A stretch of 64,000 nucleotides of DNA from an uncultured Acidimicrobiaceae bacterium (lineage in GTDB: Bacteria; Actinomycetota; Acidimicrobiia; Acidimicrobiales; RAAP-2): contig CAVTTR010000005.1 in assembly GCA_963737745.1 (NCBI GenBank), positions 172,459-236,458 on the forward strand. The letters are read 5' to 3'. Position numbers and translations under genes: made by a program. Positions 18,498 through 27,226 of this stretch are shown here, piece after piece (the stretch's first letter is position 1; every line of letters starts with the position of its first letter). Below the pieces are notes generated by a model. That model had not been told where the DNA came from. It worked only from the letters and a program-made list of their open reading frames with translations, and did no database searches.

Positions 18498-19718
18498 CTA
18501 TGTCGCGCTGTTTCGCCGGCCGGCGGGATGCGCGAGTGTGGCGGCTTCGGCCTGCCGCGGGTACGAGACGGGGGCTTGCGAGTTGGCCGGGGTTCGCGCC
18601 TGCCGCCGGTGACCGAACCCCGGATAGGACGGGGTGGTGTCTGCGGCCGGGCTGCTAGACCAGGCGAGCCAGGTGCGCGTGGGGCGCAACGGGATCTCGG
18701 CTCGGGCGAAGTCGCGCAGGCGTTCTTTCACCCGGTAGGCGATGGCCACTTCGGCCCCGGGGTCCCCGAGCTCAAGCAGTGACCACAACCGTTGGGTTGC
18801 CTTGTCGTCGAGCCGTTCTTCACCTCGGAGCAGGACCCGTCGGATCCGGTAGAGCGGATCGTCACGTCGGCCCCGATGCCCGGTCTGTTGGATCTGGACC
18901 CGGCGGCGCACCGCATCGAGACAGCGGTTGGCCAAGGAGATGACATGGAAGGGGTCGACTACCTGGGCCGCCTTGGGCAAGACGACCGAGTACACCGCGG
19001 CATAGGTGGCCGACATGTCGAGGGCCCCAAAGCGAATCCGCTCTTTCCAAGCCGCCGGCTGCTTGTCGATCCAGCCCGCCACATCGACGTATTTGCGGGT
19101 CGGCAAGATGTCGATGATCTGGTGGTTTTCCACGTCGGCCACCGTGGTGGCGTAGTCCGAGTGGCTGGCCTGATTCGCCTTGACGAACGAGGTCTCGTCC
19201 AATCCAATGGCCGTCGTCTTGTTCAGCCGTTTGCGATCGGCTGCCAAGAGGGCCTCGCCGTAGGTGATCACGGCGTCGTTGACCGTGTGCCAGTCACACG
19301 CCAGTTCGGCGGCCACTTCTTTGACCGTCCGACCGGTGCCGACCTGGACCGTCGCCCACTTTGCCGCCCTCGTGGTCAACAAGCAGTGCTTGGCTGCGAT
19401 CCGGTGATCGGAGAGCACCCAACTTCTTTTGGGGCAGCGGGCATTGGGACAGCGCAGACGGTGCTTCTTCCAGGCCAACGACATCGGAGTCCCATAGACC
19501 GGCAGGTCCACGTAGTGGACCACCGGACGCTCTTTGACCTGGGCCGGCCCGGCACAGGTCGGACAGCGAAGGGGACCTGGGATCTGCTCGATCATCAACT
19601 CCACGTCGGGTCCGGCGCGCTCATAATGCAGGACCCGCACGTCTTTGAGACCCACGAGGGCCTCGACGATCTCGCTAGGGTCAGTGACGACGTAGGTGCT
19701 TCTGCCATGATGCCTCAC
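18498..19718 (-). CDS. ISL3-family transposase (C-terminal roughly 70 aa atypical, probably degraded)
   Basis: N-terminal zinc-finger region RCPTCAGPAQVKERPVVHYVDLP...RLRCPNARCPKRSW, then LDETSF...FGALDMSATYAAV...VDPFHVISLANRCLDAVRRRV, typical of ISL3. The expected ..NGPTEA..IKR..GFRN.. tail is not readable in frame. Confidence 0.85.
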   Translation of the reverse strand: MRHHGRSTYVVTDPSEIVEALVGLKDVRVLHYERAGPDVELMIEQIPGPLRCPTCAGPAQVKERPVVHYVDLPVYGTPMSLAWKKHRLRCPNARCPKRSWVLSDHRIAAKHCLLTTRAAKWATVQVGTGRTVKEVAAELACDWHTVNDAVITYGEALLAADRKRLNKTTAIGLDETSFVKANQASHSDYATTVADVENHQIIDILPTRKYVDVAGWIDKQPAAWKERIRFGALDMSATYAAVYSVVLPKAAQVVDPFHVISLANRCLDAVRRRVQIQQTGHRGRRDDPLYRIRRVLLRGEERLDDKATQRLWSLLELGDPGAEVAIAYRVKERLRDFARAEIPLRPTRTWLAWSSSPAADTTPSYPGFGHRRQARTPANSQAPVSYPRQAEAATLAHPAGRRNSAT

Positions 19719-19906
19719 ACCACCAAGCGTGAAGCACCTTCGTCGCGTCGGGGGGATCTCAGCTACCAGGGACTCACCCGCTGAGATCCGATAGGCACCC
19801 GAGATATTCGCCCGAGAAACCTGTGGATAACCCCGTGGAAAGGCATCGAAACAGCATGAAAGCCACGAGACCCAGCTCTAGAGACGCGGCGCAACCGATT
19901 GGATAG

Positions 19907-19980
<74 letters not shown>

Positions 19981-20033
19981 GCGAAGAAAGGCAGTCTACA
20001 CGGCTCGGATGGACGTCTGTCCAGAGGGAGCGG

Positions 20034-20471
20034 CTAGAGCGTCTGTGCCGTGGGTGGCGGGGGTGGGGGGCTCATCGGGTCTGTCGTGGCCGCCGGCGGA
20101 GGTGGAGGGCTAAATGGCGCCGCAGCTGTCGGATTCGAGGGAGGAGCGCTGCCCGGCGTAGCCGCGGCGGGAGGGGGGAACGTGGTCGCCGTGGGAGCAG
20201 CCGCCGCCGACTCGGGCGCCAACGTGAGCGCGCCGTGCTCGGCCTCGTGGGCCTGGAGAGCGGTAACCAAGCGGTCGATGTCGGCGTCCGTGGTGGGAGT
20301 GGCCCGACCCGTCTTGGTGGCATACACAGCTGCGCCGAGATCGCGCAATATGCCGTCGGCTCCCCTCTTGGACTGGACCTCGTCCAGCTTGGCCTGTCCC
20401 TTCTGCGCCGCGTCCTTGGCCATGCTGGTAGCCGTCGCCGCTTGTGCTTTTACCTTGTCGAGCAATCCCAT
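20034..20471 (-). CDS. Hypothetical protein with a helical N-terminus and a Pro/Ala-rich tail
   Basis: MGLLDKVKAQAATATSMAKDAAQKGQAKLDEVQSKR..., then APTATTFPPPAAATPGSAPPSNP...SPPPPPPTAQTL. Confidence 0.55.
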   Translation of the reverse strand: MGLLDKVKAQAATATSMAKDAAQKGQAKLDEVQSKRGADGILRDLGAAVYATKTGRATPTTDADIDRLVTALQAHEAEHGALTLAPESAAAAPTATTFPPPAAATPGSAPPSNPTAAAPFSPPPPPAATTDPMSPPPPPPTAQTL

Positions 20472-20525
20472 TAACTCATCCTTCCACGCGGAGTTTCCTC
20501 AGCATCTCATGCGAAGACTGCCTAC

Positions 20526-23500
20526 TCAACCTGACGGTTCGGCGGTGGCGAGCGAGCTCGTGGTCGTCGAGGTGTTGCCAGTCGATTTGCTGCTCTTGCT
20601 CTTCGACGGCACCGTGGTCGTTGTCGTCGTACTCGCCCCCGTGGCCGACCCTAGCGCTTGCTGCGCATTGGTGACTTGCTGCTGCATGGCGTTGATATCG
20701 CTTTGGAAACCGCCGAGGTCGCCTGCCGCAAGTGCCTTCAGGGCGTTTTGGTAATCGGCTTGCGCCGCCGCCAGGTCCTGCTGCACGGCCGTGGGAACCG
20801 AGCCGCTCCCCGGGGTCGTCCCTGAGCCGCCCCCTGAGGAGTTTCCGGGCGTCGAGACAGGGACGTTGAGCAGGCTGGTCAAGGTGGCGGACAGTGTGGA
20901 CTTCACCACCACCTTTTGCCCCAGCACACCGATGACATCGGTCAGTTGCGGAAGCGGGTTGGAGGACGATGCCACGTACAGGGGACGCAGGTAGATGATG
21001 GACTGACCAACCGGAACCATGAGCGTGTTACCCAGGAGCACCTCCGAGCCGTGTTGGTCGTAGAGCGTGATGTCCGATGAGACGGTGGGATTGGCTTGAA
21101 TTTTCTGATCGGCGTTGGCAGGGCCAACGGTGCCCTGGGGTGTTTGGTACACAGTGAGACCCCCGTAGTCCTGCGGGTCAGACGTGGCAATCATGAACGC
21201 ACTGAGGTTCAGGTTGTTCGAGCCCGATGAATTCGACTGCGATGCCGGCACATAGGCATCGGTAACCGTGTACGTCTGAGCGGATGAACCGGGCAATGCC
21301 GTCACTTGGTACAGCGGCGCCATACGCGCCGAGCTCTGGGAGATCACCTGTCCTTCTTGATTGAGCGTGTCCTGTACCTGCAGTGCCTGGGACTGAGTCC
21401 CCGCGCCGGCTGTCGGGGAGAGTTGCCAGGCGTTGCTTTCCGAATAGAACTGCGAGGTGGACGTGAGGTGATAGCGACCGTAAATGGCGGATTGGATTGA
21501 GAACATGTCCGGGGGATACCGCAGGTGAGCCTGCAACGAGGGGCTCATCTTCGACAAAGGCGTGAACATGTGCGGGAACGCGGCCTCGTAGGCCTGGAGT
21601 ATTGGGTCGTTCCGATCGACGTCGTAGAACGTCGTTTGGCCTGAGTACGCGTTGATAACCACCTTGACCGAGTTACGCACGTAGTTGTAACTGCCGGGCA
21701 AACTGCTCCCGGCCGCCACCTGCTGCGTATTGGCGTTCTCCGAATAGGGATACTGGTTGGTCGTCGTGTAGCCGTCGACGACCCAATAAATCTGACCGTC
21801 GCTCACCACCGCGTAAGGGTCCTGATTGAAGGTGAGGAACGGGGCTGCCTTCTGCGCGATCTGTACGGGGTCCCGCACGAACATGATCCGCGACTTGCTG
21901 GTGATCTGACTGGAGATGAGGAAGTTGAAGTCGCCCAGACGAAGGGCGAACACGGCCCGCGTCAGCAGCGATGTGATCTGGACGCCGCCCGTGGCTTCCT
22001 TGCCCGAGTAATGGCTCTCCACATTGCTCTTGCTCGTCTGGTAGTCCACTTCGGATTGCTTGGTGTTGGCCACGACGTAGCCCGAGTCCCCGCTGGCGAA
22101 GTAGACGTTGGGCTGGGTGATCTTGGGGAGCCCATTCGTTGAATTCGGCGGCACGTCCTTTATCCCATACACCGGGTTGCCGTTTGATTGAGCCTGGTTG
22201 GCCAGGGCCACCACGGCGCCCTCGCCATGAGTGAACTGAAGATGCAGGTTGACCCACGACTGCGAGGGAAGTTTCGATGGCGAGACCTCGCGCACACCAA
22301 TGAGGACGGGGGTCACCTGCCCGTCGATCGTGTAACGGTCTACGCCGAGCGACGGAAACGTGTAGTACGACTGAATCCTTTGTTGCTGGTCGAACGTCTG
22401 CAGAGTGATCGAGTCGTCAGGGTCCCACAACCTGATGTTGTTCAGGGTCTGCGCCGAATTCACCACATCCGCCGATGTGATCTTGGTGGTGGCGCTCACG
22501 CTCTTGACCTTCACATTGTTCAGGTCGTAGGCGGCGCGGGTCGCTTGTATGTTGCGCTTTATGTAAGGGGCTTCGAGCGAGGCCTGATTCGGCGTGACTT
22601 TCAAGGTCTGCAGCAAGGCGGGATAGATGACGCCAACGACGAGGGCCACGAACGCCCATATCCCCACGGCCAGGACCGGCAAGGTCCAACCCTGACGGCG
22701 GATGTTGAACAGCAGAATCACCGCAGCAAAGATTGAGACAACGACGAGCAACAGCAATGCCGGCAGCCGGGCGTGCACATCCGTGTAGCCGGCCCCGTTG
22801 ACATACCCGTCGTGCGAGTTCACCAAGCCCCAGCGCTGAAGGACGTACCCCGCCGCTTTGGTCAGCGCAATCAGTGCTCCGAGAACCGAGAGGTGCGCCT
22901 TGACCGTGGGCCGCACCCGAGGGATCCCGCGTTGTTGCAAGATCCCGCCGTTGAGATAGTGAAAGAGCGTCGACACGACGAGCGTCACGATCAGGATGGC
23001 TAGCGTCCAGTCGACGATGAAATTCAAGAACGGCAACTTGAAGACGTAGAAACCGATGTCCTTGCCGAACTGCGGGTCCTTGCTGCCAAAATTGCCACCA
23101 TGGCGAAAGAGGATCCAGTTCTGCCATTCCCCGATGGTTCCCGATGCGGCGATCAGCGCCATCACGATGGCCAGCGCAATGTAAAGGCGTCCCGCGTAGG
23201 GCCGCACGATTTGCTGGTAGCGGCGGACGAACTCGTCCTTTTGCACGGCGTCGATGTCCTCGGTCGCCAGGCGATCGCAGACGACCAGATTGACCCACAT
23301 CACGACAAAGAAGATCGCCCCGAAGACGCCGAAGAGCCCGATCTTCACCACTAAAAGGGTGGAAAAGACGTCGTGGTAGCCAACCGACGAGAACCAGAGC
23401 CCATCGGTGTAGATGCTGGCCAGGGTGCGCAGCGATGCCAACAGAATGATGAAGACGACAATGGCGCCGATAATCCACCACCGTGCTCGCCGACGCGAGC

Positions 23501-23540
23501 GTGGCGAGCGTGGGGTGGAAAGGTCCTTGGGGGTACGCAC
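20526..23540 (-). CDS. UPF0182 family large membrane protein (Rv3193c-like)
   Basis: 1004 aa. N-terminal multi-TM region with SIYTDGLWFSSVGY..VF and a large extracytoplasmic body. Ser/Thr-rich tail (TTTTTTVPSKSKSSKSTGNTSTTTSS). Confidence 0.88.
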   Translation of the reverse strand: MRTPKDLSTPRSPRSRRRARWWIIGAIVVFIILLASLRTLASIYTDGLWFSSVGYHDVFSTLLVVKIGLFGVFGAIFFVVMWVNLVVCDRLATEDIDAVQKDEFVRRYQQIVRPYAGRLYIALAIVMALIAASGTIGEWQNWILFRHGGNFGSKDPQFGKDIGFYVFKLPFLNFIVDWTLAILIVTLVVSTLFHYLNGGILQQRGIPRVRPTVKAHLSVLGALIALTKAAGYVLQRWGLVNSHDGYVNGAGYTDVHARLPALLLLVVVSIFAAVILLFNIRRQGWTLPVLAVGIWAFVALVVGVIYPALLQTLKVTPNQASLEAPYIKRNIQATRAAYDLNNVKVKSVSATTKITSADVVNSAQTLNNIRLWDPDDSITLQTFDQQQRIQSYYTFPSLGVDRYTIDGQVTPVLIGVREVSPSKLPSQSWVNLHLQFTHGEGAVVALANQAQSNGNPVYGIKDVPPNSTNGLPKITQPNVYFASGDSGYVVANTKQSEVDYQTSKSNVESHYSGKEATGGVQITSLLTRAVFALRLGDFNFLISSQITSKSRIMFVRDPVQIAQKAAPFLTFNQDPYAVVSDGQIYWVVDGYTTTNQYPYSENANTQQVAAGSSLPGSYNYVRNSVKVVINAYSGQTTFYDVDRNDPILQAYEAAFPHMFTPLSKMSPSLQAHLRYPPDMFSIQSAIYGRYHLTSTSQFYSESNAWQLSPTAGAGTQSQALQVQDTLNQEGQVISQSSARMAPLYQVTALPGSSAQTYTVTDAYVPASQSNSSGSNNLNLSAFMIATSDPQDYGGLTVYQTPQGTVGPANADQKIQANPTVSSDITLYDQHGSEVLLGNTLMVPVGQSIIYLRPLYVASSSNPLPQLTDVIGVLGQKVVVKSTLSATLTSLLNVPVSTPGNSSGGGSGTTPGSGSVPTAVQQDLAAAQADYQNALKALAAGDLGGFQSDINAMQQQVTNAQQALGSATGASTTTTTTVPSKSKSSKSTGNTSTTTSSLATAEPSG

Positions 23541-23586
23541 GGGGGCGAGCCTAACGTCCGGCGCCCCTTGGCCCCGGTCTAGTGAT

Positions 23587-23979
23587 TTATTGGTCTACCG
23601 GCGTCACCAGACAACGGCAGCCCGAGTGGGCCGGCGGATAGGCATGCCCGGTCGGGAATCCTTCAGCGAGAGGCACGGCTCCGGCCAGGGCGTTGTCGTC
23701 ACAGTCCGAGCACCCGGTCGACGAGGTCATGACCCAGCGCACCATTCCGTCCGACGACGCCGCAGCGGCCACCCCGGCGGAGAACGCTTGCACGGCGAAG
23801 TCGCCCACCAGCCGTTCGATGCGCTCACCCCGCCATTCGCGAAAGGCTGCCCCGACGCGGTCGCTCACTTCTTCTCCGGCATCGGTGCCGTCGGCGATGC
23901 GTCGACGCAACATCGTCACTACCGTTCGAGCTAAACCGGCGGCGGCTTGCTCGACTGCCCCGTTTGCTGTGGCTTGATC
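23587..23979 (-). CDS. Cys/His-cluster module, probably the true C-terminus of the DivIVA-domain protein reached by a frame change near 23980-23990
   Basis: In the frame of ORF 23587..24123: ..AFREWRGERIERLVGDFAVQAFSAGV...VRWVMTSSTGCSDCDDNALAGAVPLAEGFPTGHAYPPAHSGCRCLVTPV. It overlaps the 3' end of ORF 23825..25297. Confidence 0.45.
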   Translation of the reverse strand, partial: DQATANGAVEQAAAGLARTVVTMLRRRIADGTDAGEEVSDRVGAAFREWRGERIERLVGDFAVQAFSAGVAAAASSDGMVRWVMTSSTGCSDCDDNALAGAVPLAEGFPTGHAYPPAHSGCRCLVTPVDQ

Positions 23980-25297
23980 CCTCCGCCCCGCCGCCGAAGA
24001 CAGACCCGGCGCCGAAAGCGTCGCCCAGGTGACCCTGGGCGGCCGAGATGAACGTCGAAAGATGGAGATCCTCGGGACCGAGCAATGCCTCGCCAGCGAT
24101 GTTCGGTGTGCTCCGCAGCTCATCGAGGAGACGGTTCTGGTCGTCTCCTAAGGCGCGCTTGATGTGGCGCGACAGTTGGGCGGAAATCGGCGAAAGCAGC
24201 GCGTCGCGTCGTGCGATCAGCGCCGCGTCCGGGTTCTCGTCTTCATCGACCTCGGGCGCTGATGTGGAATCGGCCTCACCCTGAAGGGCGACATCCACAT
24301 CGATCGACGTTGTCTGATGGCTCTGGACGTGATCGCTCTCGGTGCCCAGCGGCACGGCTTGCGTGACACCACCCGACTCGCCGCTCGCCGCTCGAATCCG
24401 CGCAAACAGCTCGTCCACCGAGGGGGCCACGCCGGCGGAGCCTCCATCATGGGCGGCCTCTTGGGGCTCACTCTCAGTGTCGCTGCTCTCGCCGCCGTCC
24501 GTCCCGTCCACGGCTTCCTGATCGTGGGGTGTGTCTTTCGGCAGGTGCAACCGAGCCTGATCGGCCGCAGCCAGGGCGGCGGCTCGGGCGTCCTCGTCGG
24601 AGCGCTCCAACTGGCCCAGAATTTCGTCCATGGAGGCCCGCGCCCCTTGGACGGAGGCAGCCATCTCGTCGCGGGCCGCCCGCAATTGCTCGATCTGAAT
24701 CGACAGTGCACGCCGACGCCCGGCCAGATCCGTCATCAGCCGTTTGCGGGCCTCTTGGACCTGTTCGAGGAGGGAGCGCCCCTCTTCTTTGGCGCGTGCG
24801 ATCACCGCGTCACCCTCGGCCAGGGCGTCGAGCCGTATGCGCTCCACCTCCGCCAACGCCTCTTGGCGGGCGTTGGCCACCATCAGCTCCGCTTCGGCCA
24901 CACGTTCGGCCGATGCGCCTTCGCTCTGCTCTTGGATCTCATTGGCGCGACTTTGCGCCTCGCGCAAGAGCGTGGAGGCGCCCTCCTGGGCCTGCACCAC
25001 GATTTTTGCCGCCTCGTCATGAGCATGGCGAAGGATCTGGGCGCTGTGCTGTCCGAGGGAGGCGGAAAGGGTGGCCTCGTCCACCACGGGATGGGCCGCT
25101 CGTTCGTCCGCCTCCGCTACGGCAGCTCGTAGTTCCTGCTCTCGCTCTTCGAAGAGCTCGAGGTTCCGCGCCACCGTCTGGAGGTACGACTTGACTTCGT
25201 CGACGTCAAAACCCCGGCGCACAATGGCGAAGGAGTGGCGAGCGATGTCCGCCGCCGTCAGACGGGTGGAGGAAATGGGTGAACGGCCTTCAGGCAT
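23825..25297 (-). CDS. DivIVA-domain protein (in-frame part; the last roughly 55 aa look out of frame)
   Basis: LTAADIARHSFAIVRRGFDVDEVKSYLQTVARNLELFEEREQELRAAV is a DivIVA N-domain, followed by long coiled-coil and acidic regions. The Arg-rich tail SRRRFSSNG..RRRHRCRRRSERPRRG looks like shifted translation. Confidence 0.8.
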   Translation of the reverse strand: MPEGRSPISSTRLTAADIARHSFAIVRRGFDVDEVKSYLQTVARNLELFEEREQELRAAVAEADERAAHPVVDEATLSASLGQHSAQILRHAHDEAAKIVVQAQEGASTLLREAQSRANEIQEQSEGASAERVAEAELMVANARQEALAEVERIRLDALAEGDAVIARAKEEGRSLLEQVQEARKRLMTDLAGRRRALSIQIEQLRAARDEMAASVQGARASMDEILGQLERSDEDARAAALAAADQARLHLPKDTPHDQEAVDGTDGGESSDTESEPQEAAHDGGSAGVAPSVDELFARIRAASGESGGVTQAVPLGTESDHVQSHQTTSIDVDVALQGEADSTSAPEVDEDENPDAALIARRDALLSPISAQLSRHIKRALGDDQNRLLDELRSTPNIAGEALLGPEDLHLSTFISAAQGHLGDAFGAGSVFGGGAEGSSHSKRGSRASRRRFSSNGSDDVASTHRRRHRCRRRSERPRRGSLSRMAG

Positions 25298-25306
25298 GGA
25301 GAAAGA

Positions 25307-26491
25307 CTACGGCGCCGCCTGGCTCGGCAGGTGACTGGCGGACAATGTGCCTCCGAGGCGCTTCAGTATCGACAAGGCCTGGTCGAGGGTGGACACCGCA
25401 TAGACGTGGAGTTGCGGGGTGGCCTTGGACATCGCCGCCTTGTACTCCTGGGGCGGCACGAAGAAGACGGTGGCTCCCGCCCGTTCGACGGCGACCGTCT
25501 TTTGAGGCACGCCGCCCACGTCACCCACCGCCCCGCTGGCATCGATCGTCCCGGTCGCCGCAACCGTGCGGCCCCCCGTGAGATGACCCCCGGAGAGCTT
25601 GTCGATGATGCCCAACGTCATGGACAGCCCGGCCGACGGACCGCCGATGTCGACCGTATTGACCCTCACGTTGACCGGGAAATCCCAGGATTGCTGGGTG
25701 TTGGGATCGATGCCCAGGTAGGCCGTTGGCTTTCCCAGACCGCATCCACCGTCGGTCAGCCCCTTGGGCGGGGCTCCCAAAGTGATCGATCGCTGGACAG
25801 TGGGACCGCTCACGAAAGCGCCCGACGCCTTGACCGAGGACATTTCTACCGAGAGGGTGGCTTCGGTGCCTGGCTTTAGACCATGGAGTGCGCTGACCAG
25901 TGAGCAGTCGTCCGTGACTGGGGTTTTGTTCACCGCGGTGATGACCTGTGCCACCTTGAGGACGTGAGAAGCCGGGGATCCCGGCGCGATCCCAAAGACC
26001 AGCGCCCCCGCATCGCGTTCCTTTGGTGTGTACCCGAGATACGTCAGTGCCGCCGCCTTCGCTTGCGACTGGGCCTGGCTCATCTCCAAGAATCCCTGCG
26101 GAGCCAACTGATCCGGCGGCGTGGAGGGGCCGAGTAAGGCAGCTGAGGGAACGACCTGGCTGTCGGACGACAGGTAGCGCTCCTGCAGGTACGTCAACGC
26201 GGTGAGCGGTTTCACGAAGACATCCGTGAGAAGGATGTTGCCTGAAAGCGGGTGATCGAGCTTGGACGGAACCGTGATGAAAGAGGTCACCGGCGAGGCA
26301 TCCCCTGGGGACAGGGCGTAGTAGTCGACGTTCCAGCGACCGAGCACCAGCGTCGCTGCCACCAGGAGGGCAGCCACCGACGCCAGGACGAAGGGCCAAC
26401 GTCGGCGCCGCATGGGAGGCGGCGCGTGCAGGCTCGATCGGGAGGGGATGACCTCGGCCTCCCCGGCGGTATTCGTCGTCATGTCGGCCAT
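25307..26491 (-). CDS. PDZ domain / Lon-like S16 serine protease (Rv3194c-like), membrane anchored
   Basis: N-terminal TM segment FVLASVAALLVAATLVL, a PDZ-like middle region, and a C-terminal DIGGPSAGLSMTLGIIDKL ... GGVPQKTVAVERAGATVFFVP (Ser-Lys dyad context). Confidence 0.85.
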   Translation of the reverse strand: MADMTTNTAGEAEVIPSRSSLHAPPPMRRRRWPFVLASVAALLVAATLVLGRWNVDYYALSPGDASPVTSFITVPSKLDHPLSGNILLTDVFVKPLTALTYLQERYLSSDSQVVPSAALLGPSTPPDQLAPQGFLEMSQAQSQAKAAALTYLGYTPKERDAGALVFGIAPGSPASHVLKVAQVITAVNKTPVTDDCSLVSALHGLKPGTEATLSVEMSSVKASGAFVSGPTVQRSITLGAPPKGLTDGGCGLGKPTAYLGIDPNTQQSWDFPVNVRVNTVDIGGPSAGLSMTLGIIDKLSGGHLTGGRTVAATGTIDASGAVGDVGGVPQKTVAVERAGATVFFVPPQEYKAAMSKATPQLHVYAVSTLDQALSILKRLGGTLSASHLPSQAAP

Positions 26492-27155
26492 ACTCGATGA
26501 AGTGACCGACGATCCTCCCACGGAACCTGCCGCACCAAGGCGCGGCGCCGCCGGCCGCCGGAGAAGGGTGATCGCCGCCGGGCACGCCGGCCACGAGGAA
26601 ACGGCACGGGCCGGATTGGGCGATCGCGACCCTCATGTGCAGGCCGCGGCGCTCGGTGCGTTGGCCCGATTATCAGCCCTCGCCGTGAGCGACATCATCC
26701 ACGCCTTGCGCATCGGAGATGCGCCGGTACGCCGGCGGGCAACTGATGCCGCGCTCTCGGTACGCGGCGTTGGTTCACGCTCGACCCTCTACGGCGCCAT
26801 GATCGACGCTCTCTCCGACCCTGATCCGCTGGTCGTGGTGGGAGCGGCCTGGTTCCTCGCCGAACGTCGGGTCACAGCGGGCGTGGACGCGCTCGTCTCG
26901 ACGGTCAGCACACACGAGGACGTACGGTGCCGGGAGGCTGCCGTGGCCGCTTTGGGCGCGATCGGGGATCCCCGTGGATTGACCGCCGTCATCGAGGCGC
27001 TCGACGACAAGCCCACCATCCGACGGCGCGCCACCGTGGCCCTGGCCGGGTTCGACGACCCTCGGGTCGAGCCGGCCCTCCTCCGGTCGGCACAAGACAG
27101 GGATTGGCAGGTGCGCCAGGCGGCCGACGAACTGCTCCTCGAAGAAGAGAGGTAG
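26481..27155 (+). CDS. HEAT-repeat protein
   Basis: Repeated L.D.D..VR..AA.ALG units (DRDPHVQAAALGAL, DPDPLVVVGAAWFL, HEDVRCREAAVAALGAIGDPRG, DKPTIRRRATVALAG, DRDWQVRQAA). Confidence 0.75.
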   Translation: MSAILDEVTDDPPTEPAAPRRGAAGRRRRVIAAGHAGHEETARAGLGDRDPHVQAAALGALARLSALAVSDIIHALRIGDAPVRRRATDAALSVRGVGSRSTLYGAMIDALSDPDPLVVVGAAWFLAERRVTAGVDALVSTVSTHEDVRCREAAVAALGAIGDPRGLTAVIEALDDKPTIRRRATVALAGFDDPRVEPALLRSAQDRDWQVRQAADELLLEEER

Positions 27156-27163
27156 TCGCGCTG

Positions 27164-27226
27164 TCGGCCGTGACCCAGTCGGCCGGTGACCCAGTCGGCC
27201 GGTGACCCAGTCGCCCCGTGACTCAG
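27164..27226. repeat. Four tandem copies of a 15-16-bp unit TCGGCCGGTGACCCAG
   Basis: Units at 27164-27178, 27179-27194, 27195-27210 and 27211-27226 (the last is diverged: TCGCCCCGTGACTCAG). They sit between the convergent HEAT and mreB genes and overlap the mreB stop. Confidence 0.85.

Noticed and set aside
18462-19900. Terminal inverted repeats of the ISL3 element.
   Set aside because: Comparing 18462-18500 with the reverse complement of 19720-19900 by eye gave only weak matches. The left end may be deleted.
25521-26636. 371-aa alternative-frame ORF overlapping the PDZ-Lon gene.
   Set aside because: It is out of frame on the same strand as a well-supported gene. It is Arg/Gly/Pro-rich with no motifs.
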